Source of the DNA: Elusimicrobiales bacterium
GTDB taxonomy: Bacteria; Elusimicrobiota; Elusimicrobia; Elusimicrobiales; UBA9959
Reading direction: 5' to 3'
Assembly: GCA_049972095.1 (NCBI GenBank)
Contig: JBMFKQ010000020.1
Coordinates: 1 to 29,695 of the forward strand
Length of the DNA stretch: 29,695 bases
The notes beneath the pieces are model-generated. The model made no database searches. It had not been told where the DNA came from and saw only the letters and a list, made by a program, of their open reading frames with translations. This document shows, piece after piece, positions 8,547-17,314 of this stretch. Position 1 is the first letter of the stretch. The number at the start of each line of letters is the position of its first letter. The translations under genes and the position numbers were made by a program.

Positions 8547-10322
8547 ATGAAATCTGAAAGAAATGAAGTTTTTCTTGAAAGGATATTTTTAGTTTTTTAC
8601 ATTGTTGTTTTTCTTTTTATAATCAAGCTAATAAACCTTCAGATTTTTAATTACTCAAAGTTTTTTAAACTTTCTGAAAGGAATAGAATACGTATCATTC
8701 CTAGAAATGCACCAAGGGGCAATGTGATAACCTCAGATGGTATTCTTGTTGCAACAAACAGAGTTTCATATAGCGTTATGTATTTTCCTTCGGATAATAC
8801 TGATGAGAGATATCTTTCTAAGATATCATCAACTCTTGAAAAGATTTGTGAGATTAAAAAAGAAAGGATTTTCGAAATAATTAGACAATCAGCCAAAACA
8901 TTAAAACCATCAAAACTAATAGAGAGGATTGACATAAAGAGAATAAAAAATGTTTATGAAATAAAAAACATCTTTCCTGAAGTTGAAATAGTTGAGGAAA
9001 GTATTAGGAACTATCCTTTTGGTGCCTATCTAAGCCATGTTATTGGGTATGTTGGAAAGATAGATGAGAGGGATGTTAAGAGATATCTTATGAAAGGATA
9101 TTCTCTTGATTCAGTTGTTGGGAAAAACGGAGTTGAGCTTTATTATGAGGATTTTTTGAAAGGTAAGAATGGTGGACTTTTTATGGAGGTTGATAATAGG
9201 GGAAGGCTTGTTAAGGTTATTGGATATGAATCCGGAGAAAAGGGAAGTGATGTATATCTTACCATTAACTGGAGATCACAAAAAGCTGCAGAGGAGGCTT
9301 TGAGAAAGCTTCCATATAAAAGAGCTGCGGCTGTTGCATGTGAAGCGGATAGTGGGAGGATAATAGTTTATGCTGTTAAACCTGGGTATGATCCTAACTT
9401 TTTTGTGAGGTATTCAACTGATAACATTGAACAGGAAGTTGATGAGTTTAATATACCTATTCAGGGGCTTTATCCTCCAGCTTCAACCTTTAAAATTTTT
9501 GTTACCATTGCTGCTCTTGAATCTGGCAAGGTTGATGAGAATAAAAAATTTTTATGCCCGGGATATTATAATGCTGGAAATAGAGTTTTTAAATGCTGGG
9601 AAAAAAAGGGGCATGGTTTGATTGATATGGTTGATGGGCTTGCAAAGTCATGTGATGTTTATTATTACAATGTTGGGGAGATTACTGGACCCTATGAAAT
9701 AGAGAGTATTGCAAGAAGATTCAGGCTTGATCAGAAAACACTAATAGATATGCCGTATGAAAAAGTATCAATAATTGTTGGACCAAAAAAAAGAATAGAA
9801 ACAAAGGGTTACTGGTATAGAGGTGATACAATAAACATGAGCATAGGTCAGGGTGAACTGCTTGTAACGCCGATAGCTATGATGAGCGCTATGATGGCTC
9901 TTGCAAATGGAGGTAAATTTTATCAACCGTTTTATGTTGATAGGGTTGTTAAAGATGATGGAAGTGTTATTAAGCACAATGATCCTAAGGTTCTTGGGAA
10001 TATAGAACTTAAAAAACACACATGGGATCTTATATATACTGCAATGAGGAAGGTTGTTACTAATGGGACAGGAAGGTTGGCTGATGTGGATGGTGTTGAG
10101 GTTTTTGGTAAAACGGGAACAGCTCAGAATCCTCATGGTAAGGATCATGCTTGGTTTGTAGGTTTTGCAAAGAAAGAAGGGAGTAAGCCAATTGCATTTG
10201 CCATTATTGTTGAACATGGAGAGCATGGCTCTTCGTCAGCTGCACCGGTTGCTCGTGAGATAATTAAAGGCTATTACAATGTTATGGTAAAGAATGAAAG
10301 TCTTTGGGGCATCATAGAATGA
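8547..10322 (+). CDS. mrdA: Penicillin-binding protein 2 (class B)
   Basis: APRG, RNYPFG, HVIGYVG, GKNGVE; PPASTFK (SxxK), SCD, KTGTAQ, DHAWF. Confidence 0.96.
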   Translation: MKSERNEVFLERIFLVFYIVVFLFIIKLINLQIFNYSKFFKLSERNRIRIIPRNAPRGNVITSDGILVATNRVSYSVMYFPSDNTDERYLSKISSTLEKICEIKKERIFEIIRQSAKTLKPSKLIERIDIKRIKNVYEIKNIFPEVEIVEESIRNYPFGAYLSHVIGYVGKIDERDVKRYLMKGYSLDSVVGKNGVELYYEDFLKGKNGGLFMEVDNRGRLVKVIGYESGEKGSDVYLTINWRSQKAAEEALRKLPYKRAAAVACEADSGRIIVYAVKPGYDPNFFVRYSTDNIEQEVDEFNIPIQGLYPPASTFKIFVTIAALESGKVDENKKFLCPGYYNAGNRVFKCWEKKGHGLIDMVDGLAKSCDVYYYNVGEITGPYEIESIARRFRLDQKTLIDMPYEKVSIIVGPKKRIETKGYWYRGDTINMSIGQGELLVTPIAMMSAMMALANGGKFYQPFYVDRVVKDDGSVIKHNDPKVLGNIELKKHTWDLIYTAMRKVVTNGTGRLADVDGVEVFGKTGTAQNPHGKDHAWFVGFAKKEGSKPIAFAIIVEHGEHGSSSAAPVAREIIKGYYNVMVKNESLWGIIE

Positions 10323-11653
10323 TTTATATGATGATTGGTAAAAAAAGAAATATTGACTGGGTTCTTGTTTTTTGTGTTTATATACTTATTATAATTTCAT
10401 TTGTTGCTGTTAGTTCGTCTGTAAGTATGCTTGATTCAAAAGATAGAATAATCAAAGCACAGCTGACAGCTTTTATTTTAGGAACACTATCTTTTATTAT
10501 TATGTGGCTTTTTGATTATGATATACTTGAGGAGTATTCCATACACATATACCTATTTGGTCTTCTAATTTTGATAGCTGTGCTTTTCTTTGGAGTTGTT
10601 TATAAAGGTTCAAGGTCATGGTTCAAGTTTTCATTTTTTTCTATTCAGCCAAGTGAGTTTTCAAGAATTTCCCTTATTATATTCATATCATCATATTTGA
10701 GCAGATATCCTTATGCAGTTAGAGAATTTTTAGGCATTCTTAAACTCTCATTTTTTATAATACCATTTTTCATACTTATGATTAAGCAGCCAGATTTTTC
10801 AGGAATACTCATCAGCTTTTTTCCTATTCTGGTTTTGTTCATTTTAGGAGGAATGGAGCTTTGTTATTTCTATTATTTTTTATTTTATTTACTGGTTGCT
10901 GTCTCAATTCCTTTCTTTTCAGTTTTTGTTAAGATGATGCCCCAGTATCTTAGTAATGATTTTATTGAGCTTCTTTTTTCACTTACCTACTTTGGGGTAA
11001 ATATGGTTGTATTTATTATTGTTGGAGCATTTTTTGTTTTTGCTGTCTGGTATTTACTTAGAAAATTTAACCCTCTGGCTTCTCTCAGTTATTTCCTTTT
11101 TATTTATATAATTTTCGTAAGTGGCTATATCAGTGGGATTTTTATTAAAAATCAGATAAAGGATTATCAGTATAAAAGGATTGAGAGCTTCTTGCGTCCT
11201 GAGTCAGACCCAAGAGGAGCTGGTTACAACATAATACAGGCAAGGATTGCTCTGGGATCAGGTGGATTTTTAGGAAAGGGTATATTTAAAGGAAGTCAAA
11301 CAAGGCTTGGTTTCATACCTGAAAGACATACTGATTTTATAGTTTCAGTTGTAGGGGAAGAGATGGGTTTTGTTGGGGTTGTAGGTTTAATTCTGATTTA
11401 TCTTACGATTATAAACAGAATAAAAAGGATAGCGCTTAACTCAAGAAATCTTTTTGGCTATTATTTATGCTCAGCTTTTGCTGGATTATTTATGGGTTAC
11501 TTCTTTGTTAATATAGGTATGATCCTCGGTTTTTTCCCTGTTGCAGGGGTACCTTTACCTTTTGTCTCATATGGTGGATCAAATCTCGTTGCTTCTCTTA
11601 CTATTATTGGTATAATTCAGTCAGTTTATAGAAGGAGAATAAGTATAGCATGA
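10319..11653 (+). CDS. rodA: SEDS-family peptidoglycan glycosyltransferase RodA
   Basis: GSRSWF, IQPSEF, KQPDF, GYNIIQARIALGSGG, PERHTDFI..GEE.G, GVPLPFVSYGGS; ATGA overlap with mrdA stop (exact start uncertain). Confidence 0.96.
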   Translation: MIYMMIGKKRNIDWVLVFCVYILIIISFVAVSSSVSMLDSKDRIIKAQLTAFILGTLSFIIMWLFDYDILEEYSIHIYLFGLLILIAVLFFGVVYKGSRSWFKFSFFSIQPSEFSRISLIIFISSYLSRYPYAVREFLGILKLSFFIIPFFILMIKQPDFSGILISFFPILVLFILGGMELCYFYYFLFYLLVAVSIPFFSVFVKMMPQYLSNDFIELLFSLTYFGVNMVVFIIVGAFFVFAVWYLLRKFNPLASLSYFLFIYIIFVSGYISGIFIKNQIKDYQYKRIESFLRPESDPRGAGYNIIQARIALGSGGFLGKGIFKGSQTRLGFIPERHTDFIVSVVGEEMGFVGVVGLILIYLTIINRIKRIALNSRNLFGYYLCSAFAGLFMGYFFVNIGMILGFFPVAGVPLPFVSYGGSNLVASLTIIGIIQSVYRRRISIA

Positions 11654-12213
11654 TAAGATACAGATTTCGTTTTGCAAAAGATGATAATCAGGGTAAAGGA
11701 TTTGTAAGCAGTATTGAGAGTGTTAAAAGAATGTTTGCTTTAAATTTTGAACTTTATACCACATCAAAAGGAGCTCGTTTTTCATTTGGTCCTGCTCTCC
11801 CTTTTGGTTGGGCAAGTGAAAGTGAGTATATTGATGTGATATTCAAAAAAAGAGAAAACGAAGGTTTTGTTAGGGATATTATTGAAAAAAATACTCCTGA
11901 GGGTTTTAGGCTGATTGGCTTTAAAACAATTCCACTCTATTTTCCTTCTGTTGAATCAGCCACAGATATTGTTGAGATTGAGATTGAAACTTCTGATAGT
12001 GTATCTGAGTTATTTTTTGATGGAGGATTTGATTTTATATATGATCTGCGTTTGAATCCTAAAATAATAAATCTTCTTGTTTACTATAAAAAGGCTTCAA
12101 GGAATATTCTTAGAGGTATGATTGAAAGAATTGATTTGCTTTTAAAAATAAAGAAGATAACAAGAAAAAATCTTTATTGGTTGGATTCGTATAATCGAAT
12201 CAGAGGGTTTTAA
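11650..12213 (+). CDS. DUF2344 / TIGR03936-like radical SAM-linked protein (divergent)
   Basis: RYRFRFAK start, FSFGPALPFGWASESEYIDV, PEGFRL; typical position between rodA and rng. Confidence 0.75.
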   Translation: MIRYRFRFAKDDNQGKGFVSSIESVKRMFALNFELYTTSKGARFSFGPALPFGWASESEYIDVIFKKRENEGFVRDIIEKNTPEGFRLIGFKTIPLYFPSVESATDIVEIEIETSDSVSELFFDGGFDFIYDLRLNPKIINLLVYYKKASRNILRGMIERIDLLLKIKKITRKNLYWLDSYNRIRGF

Positions 12214-12227
12214 TAGAAGGAGGGTGT

Positions 12228-13664
12228 ATGAATGGAACTAAAAAGGAGATATATGCAAACAGATCATTTGAGGAGATAAGAATAGCTGTTGTTGAAAATT
12301 CCAGGCTGAGTGATCTTTTCTGGGAAAGGTCCAATCATTCAAGCATTGTTGGTAATATATATAAAGGGATTGTTGAAAATGTCCTTCCGGGGATATCCAG
12401 CGCCTTTATAAATATAGGTTTTGAAAAGAATGCATATATATATATATCTGATGTGATAGGTAATACAAGCGGTGGTATAGGTAATGCCCTTTTCAAAGGA
12501 CAGGAGGTGATGATACAGATAATAAAGGATGCGATAAGTACAAAGGGTATGAAAGTGAGCATGGATATAAATATACCAGGAAGGTATCTTGTTTTTGCTC
12601 CTTTTCAGGATCACATTGCTGTTTCAAAAAATATAGAGGATCAAAATGAGAGGAAAAGGCTTTATGACATAATGGAAAGAATAGTTAGTGAACATAAAAG
12701 ATACGGATGTATTATCAGGACTGAGGCTAGTGGAGTTAGTGAGGAGGAGATTAGAAAAGAGTATAAATATCTTACAAGGGTATGGGAGGGTATAGTTAAG
12801 AAATATGACAGCTCAAAGGCACCAAGTCTTATTTATAAGGATATGGATATAACGCTTCAGGTTGCGAGGGATCTGCTTTCTTCGGATGTTTCTGTTTATA
12901 TGCTTGACAACAGAGAGGATTATGAAAATGTAGTTGATTTTGTATCGAGGGTTTCACCAGAGTTTAAAGATAAGATTAAGTTTTATAACTCACCTATGCC
13001 TATATTTAAGGCATTTAATATAGAGCATGAGATAGATGAATTAAGAAAGATGAAGGTTGATCTTCCAAGCGGTGGAAGCATAATAATACAGGAGGCTGAA
13101 TCACTTTGTGCTATAGATGTTAATACCGGAAGATACATAGGTTTGAACTCTCAAGAGGAGACTGTAACACAAACAAATATAGAGGCTGCATATGAAATAG
13201 CAAGGCAGTTGAGACTTAGGAATATTGGGGGGATAATAGTTATAGATTTTATAGATATGAAAAAACACTCCAACAGAACAAGGGTTATGAAGGCTCTTGA
13301 GGAGGCTGTTAAAAGTGATAGAGCAAGGATAAAGATACTTCCCATAACAAGGCTTGGACTTATTGAAATGACAAGGGAGAGAAAAAGGGAAAGCACATTT
13401 AGTATGCTTACAGAGGAATGCCCTCAGTGTCATGGATCAGGTCGTGTTCTTTCTATAGATAGTATAAGGCTTAAAATTCAAAGGGATATCATGAATCTCA
13501 CTATGGGTAGAAATGTTACAAGCATAAGAATAATTGTCCATCCTCTTGTTATGGAAGGACTTAAAAGTAAACAGGCTATGATTGAGAAGAGCATTCACCG
13601 TTCTATTAAGATAACCTCTGATCCACAGCTTATATGGGATGATTATAGGATAATAATAGAATAG
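12228..13664 (+). CDS. rng: Ribonuclease G/E family endoribonuclease (short, RNase G-like)
   Basis: VGNIYKG, AFINIG, IIRT, IDVNTG, ARQLRLRNIGGIIVIDFIDM, GLIEMTR, CPQCHGSG. Confidence 0.95.
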   Translation: MNGTKKEIYANRSFEEIRIAVVENSRLSDLFWERSNHSSIVGNIYKGIVENVLPGISSAFINIGFEKNAYIYISDVIGNTSGGIGNALFKGQEVMIQIIKDAISTKGMKVSMDINIPGRYLVFAPFQDHIAVSKNIEDQNERKRLYDIMERIVSEHKRYGCIIRTEASGVSEEEIRKEYKYLTRVWEGIVKKYDSSKAPSLIYKDMDITLQVARDLLSSDVSVYMLDNREDYENVVDFVSRVSPEFKDKIKFYNSPMPIFKAFNIEHEIDELRKMKVDLPSGGSIIIQEAESLCAIDVNTGRYIGLNSQEETVTQTNIEAAYEIARQLRLRNIGGIIVIDFIDMKKHSNRTRVMKALEEAVKSDRARIKILPITRLGLIEMTRERKRESTFSMLTEECPQCHGSGRVLSIDSIRLKIQRDIMNLTMGRNVTSIRIIVHPLVMEGLKSKQAMIEKSIHRSIKITSDPQLIWDDYRIIIE

Positions 13665-13672
13665 GAGGTTTT

Positions 13673-15163
13673 ATGAAAAAACTCATCTTTATTTTTTGCT
13701 TTCTTTTTGCGGGAATAGAATTATCGCAGGCAGCGGTGAGTAAGTTTAAGTTTTTCAAAAGGAATTCTTATAAAGGTTCAGTTTCTGTATACCAGATTGA
13801 TGAAAGAATATATCTTGGTTTGAAGGATATGGCAAAACTTATGGGTGCAGGACTTGATATATATCAGGCTTCAGGAAGAATTGTTTTTTCATACAATGGT
13901 AAGAAGCTCTTAATCTCTAAAAATAATGTTTCTTACAGTGATCTTGATACAGTTAAGATCTCAAACCCATTTATAATAAGGGCAACAAGATATTTTATTT
14001 TATCTGATATTTTTTCTTCGCCCTCTTTTACGAAAACCTTTGATGTAAGATGTGATATAATTCCTGAAGAAAAAAGCATATATCTATATGACAAGGTAAA
14101 TATTACATCGGTTAAGTATTTTTATTATGTGGAGAAATCAAGAGTGGTTGTTTATGCCTCAGAAAAACTTGACTACAGCCTTAATATGATTGGAAGGACA
14201 CTTGTGCTAACTGTTAAAGATGGTTCTTACATTGCCACCAAAGATTATATAACAGCAAATGACGGAATTGTAAATGGAGTTTCAATAAAACAGGATAAAA
14301 CATCCCTCAAGGTTATAATTGAGCTTGGTCCAAAATATGATTCTTTTAGCCATTTTATCTCTAGTGAACCATATAAAATAATCGTTGATATAAAAGCCTC
14401 TGATGATAATATGCCTATGAGGATTGAAGGCTATAAGAAGTCAAGTGTGACGGTTTCGCTTCCTGATTCCATTGATATATCATCAAAGGATAGATACACT
14501 GTTGTTATAGATCCTGGACATGGTGGGAAGGATCCGGGTGGAAAGATTCTTTTTGGTAAAAGTGAAAAGCAGATAAATCTTGAGATAGGGAAAAAACTTT
14601 ATGAGTTGTTTCTTAAAGATAAAAGATTTGATGTAAAAATAACAAGGGATGTTGATACCTTTATTCCTCTTTATGAAAGAAGCAGATTTGCAAATGATGT
14701 GAGGTGTGATATCTTTATCTCTATTCATTCAAATGCTCACAAAAATAAATCTGAGAATGGTTTTGAAATATACTTTCTTTCAGAGAAGGCAACAGATCCA
14801 TGGGCAAGCGAGGTTGCAGATTATGAGAATGCTAGTGTTGAGTATGAGGGTGGCGTTTTTGATTATTCAGGTGCAGCACTTGTGCTTCACTCTCTTGCAA
14901 GAAATGAATATATTAATCAGGCTAGTATTATGGCCGGATATATATCCAGGTTTATGGAGAAAAAAACACCATTTAAAAATAGAGGGATAAGACAAGCAGC
15001 CTTTTATGTTCTCAGAGGGACCTATTGCCCGAGTATTCTCATTGAGGTCGGATTTATGACAAATAGACAGGACAAGAGGAATCTTGATAGTTCGTATGTT
15101 CAAAAGAAGGTTGCCCAGGCTATTTATGATGGAGTATGTGACTACATAAAAAACCTAAGATAG
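13673..15163 (+). CDS. Exported N-acetylmuramoyl-L-alanine amidase (Amidase_3, AmiC-like)
   Basis: Signal peptide; IDPGHGGKDPG, EKQINL, SIHSNA, AFYVLRG, ILIEVGF. Confidence 0.95.
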   Translation: MKKLIFIFCFLFAGIELSQAAVSKFKFFKRNSYKGSVSVYQIDERIYLGLKDMAKLMGAGLDIYQASGRIVFSYNGKKLLISKNNVSYSDLDTVKISNPFIIRATRYFILSDIFSSPSFTKTFDVRCDIIPEEKSIYLYDKVNITSVKYFYYVEKSRVVVYASEKLDYSLNMIGRTLVLTVKDGSYIATKDYITANDGIVNGVSIKQDKTSLKVIIELGPKYDSFSHFISSEPYKIIVDIKASDDNMPMRIEGYKKSSVTVSLPDSIDISSKDRYTVVIDPGHGGKDPGGKILFGKSEKQINLEIGKKLYELFLKDKRFDVKITRDVDTFIPLYERSRFANDVRCDIFISIHSNAHKNKSENGFEIYFLSEKATDPWASEVADYENASVEYEGGVFDYSGAALVLHSLARNEYINQASIMAGYISRFMEKKTPFKNRGIRQAAFYVLRGTYCPSILIEVGFMTNRQDKRNLDSSYVQKKVAQAIYDGVCDYIKNLR

Positions 15164-15164
15164 T

Positions 15165-15968
15165 ATGAATCTCAAAAACAAAGCAATAGGCATATTTGAT
15201 TCTGGACTTGGTGGGCTTACGGTTTATAGGGAAGCAAGGAAGCTTCTTCCTTATGAAAATATCATATACTTTGGTGATACAATGAGGGTTCCTTACGGTA
15301 ATAAATCTACTGAAACGATAAAAAGATTTGCAGGTGAGATAACGGATTTTTTTATCTCTGTTGGTGTTAAGATGATAGTTGTTGCTTGTAATACTATCTC
15401 TGCAAATGCTATTGAGGTGGTTAGAAGGCATGCCGGTGATATAGATGTTGTTGGAGTTATTGAGCCAGGTGTTAGAAGAGCACTTGAGATAACAAAGAAT
15501 AAAAAAATAATTGTCATAGGAACAAGGGCAACAATAAACTCAAAGGCATATTCAATGTTAATAAAAAAGATAGAACCTGATGCCTGTATAGAGGAGGTAG
15601 CATGCCCTTTGTTTGTGCCTCTTGTTGAAGAGGGATTTGTAAACGATGATGTATCTTATATGACTGCAAAAAGATATCTTGGAGTTTATTCAGAGAAAAA
15701 TTATGATACACTTATTCTTGGTTGTACTCATTATCCTCTTCTCAAAAAAACTATAAGAAAAGTTCTTCCATCCGTTAATATAATTGACTCATCACTCTCA
15801 TGTGCTTTTGCTGTTAAAAGAATTCTTGAAGAAAAAGGAATAGTTAACACATCAAAAAAAAGAGGTGAGAGTAGATTTTTTGTAAGTGACAGACCTCAGA
15901 ATTTTATTGAACTCTCATATAGACTAGCAGGTGTCAAAATATGTAAAATAGGTATTAAAAGGTTTTAA
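15165..15968 (+). CDS. murI: Glutamate racemase
   Basis: IGIFDSGLGGLTV, VPYG, VACNT, LGCTHYP. Confidence 0.98.
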   Translation: MNLKNKAIGIFDSGLGGLTVYREARKLLPYENIIYFGDTMRVPYGNKSTETIKRFAGEITDFFISVGVKMIVVACNTISANAIEVVRRHAGDIDVVGVIEPGVRRALEITKNKKIIVIGTRATINSKAYSMLIKKIEPDACIEEVACPLFVPLVEEGFVNDDVSYMTAKRYLGVYSEKNYDTLILGCTHYPLLKKTIRKVLPSVNIIDSSLSCAFAVKRILEEKGIVNTSKKRGESRFFVSDRPQNFIELSYRLAGVKICKIGIKRF

Positions 15969-15979
15969 ATGGAGGTGTT

Positions 15980-16378
15980 ATGAGGCTTTTGATGGGTGTG
16001 TTTTTTGCTATGATGATAATGCCTTGTCTTTTGCAAGCAAAGAATAATGTAAAAAAAGGTGATGTTAAGACTAATGTTTCAGTTTCAACCACTACATCCA
16101 CTGCTACATCCAGCATTTCTAATAAATCCCAGCAGTTATACGATGAAGGATCAGAGGTTCTTGTTGACTCGTCAATCCATTTAGGGCAGTCGGGTGGTTC
16201 TCAAAGTGAAGAGGAAGGAATTCCATATGGCTTTGGTATGCTTAAAGGTGTAATAATCCTTGAAGGGAAAGCAACCCTTGTTTTTGAGGGTGATGATGGA
16301 ACTATCAGTTTTATTCAGGTATATAAGATGGGAGATTTTGTAAAATGGAAGGTTTATCTTCAGGTGAAAAGAACATAG
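15980..16378 (+). CDS. Hypothetical exported protein with Ser/Thr-rich linker
   Basis: SD GGAGGTG; signal peptide ending LLQA; VSVSTTTSTATSS linker; beta-rich C-terminal half. Confidence 0.75.
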   Translation: MRLLMGVFFAMMIMPCLLQAKNNVKKGDVKTNVSVSTTTSTATSSISNKSQQLYDEGSEVLVDSSIHLGQSGGSQSEEEGIPYGFGMLKGVIILEGKATLVFEGDDGTISFIQVYKMGDFVKWKVYLQVKRT

Positions 16379-16399
16379 TCTTGGTTTGAGGAGGTAGTT

Positions 16400-16588
16400 A
16401 TGAAGAGGAAGGATTTAATAAGACATCTTAACAGAGAAGGCTGCATACTTGTTAGAGAAGGTGGAAAGTACTCAGTGTTTATGAATCCTAAGACGAACAA
16501 AGAGGTTCCTGTGACAAGGCATAACGAGGTAGCAGATTTTGCTGTAAAGAAGATATGCAAAGAGCTTGGTATAAATCCGCCGCAGTGA
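16400..16588 (+). CDS. hicA: HicA-family toxin-like protein (orphan; catalytic His position is Tyr)
   Basis: 62 aa basic; MKRKDLIRHL..GC..VREGGKxS.F.NP..VxRHNE..KKICKELGI matches the HicA family pattern; SD GAGGAGG. Confidence 0.85.
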   Translation: MKRKDLIRHLNREGCILVREGGKYSVFMNPKTNKEVPVTRHNEVADFAVKKICKELGINPPQ

Positions 16589-16935
16589 TGTTGATGTTTC
16601 TCCTTTCTTCATGCTCGTCAAATCTTGTTGATGTGATAAAGACAGGTCCTGATTTTACTCCGTCAAAAAATGTTGAGATTTTCACTTCAAGAGATCAAAT
16701 AAAAAAGCCTTATGGTGCTGTTGCTATACTTCACAGCGTTAGATTTGATTGCTCAGCTTCCATGCAGAAAAAGATTCTTAAAGAGGCTGTTAGTAAAACT
16801 AAAAGAATTGGAGGGGATGCAATTGTTTATTACTTTGATTATAGCAAGGATCATACGAATGCTATTGAATCTGAAAGATGTTATATGAGTGCTCTTGCTG
16901 TTAAGTATGTTTCAGAAACCTTGAATTTTAGGTAA
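16555..16935 (+). CDS. Putative lipoprotein of unknown function
   Basis: Lipobox LLSS-C; KKPY..VAIL..EAVSKTKRIGGDAIV pattern recalls small RcsF/YbjQ-like folds; start uncertain (16555, 16585 or 16588). Confidence 0.65.
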   Translation: MQRAWYKSAAVMLMFLLSSCSSNLVDVIKTGPDFTPSKNVEIFTSRDQIKKPYGAVAILHSVRFDCSASMQKKILKEAVSKTKRIGGDAIVYYFDYSKDHTNAIESERCYMSALAVKYVSETLNFR

Positions 16936-17004
16936 AAATAATATTGAATATATTTAGATGGTATCTTGCTGTTTTATTAAGGATTTTAGATTAAGGGAGG
17001 TAAG

Positions 17005-17298
17005 ATGAGAATTCAGGTAAAAAAGATAGATATATCTTCGGTGATTTTTTCAGGCTTTAGTGTTACTCTTTTTTTCGTCTCGCTTTTTATTGCTATTGTT
17101 GCAATATTTATAACACCAAGTCCTTTATGGATAGGTGAAAGTTTCAGGACTAAGTTTATAGGTGCTTTCTTCTACACAATGACAGTTTACATTATAACTC
17201 TTGCATACATCTCTTTTCTTGTATTTATATATAACTTTCTTGTTAGCGTTATAGGAATTAGGGGTATAAAGCTTGATATTGAGGAGGAAACTGAGTAG
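17005..17298 (+). CDS. Two-TM membrane protein (DUF3566-like)
   Basis: SD GGAGG; VKKID..S, two hydrophobic helices, IYN..G.RGIKLDIE. Confidence 0.6.
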   Translation: MRIQVKKIDISSVIFSGFSVTLFFVSLFIAIVAIFITPSPLWIGESFRTKFIGAFFYTMTVYIITLAYISFLVFIYNFLVSVIGIRGIKLDIEEETE

Positions 17299-17314
17299 TA
17301 GAAGGAGATGTAAA

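Noticed and set aside
9640..9660. SCD instead of SxN in PBP2
   Set aside because: SxD is the normal variant in MrdA/PBP2 enzymes
15980..16935. Flanking ORFs as HicB antitoxin
   Set aside because: Both have export signals and lack the HicB N-terminal pattern and any HTH/RHH domain
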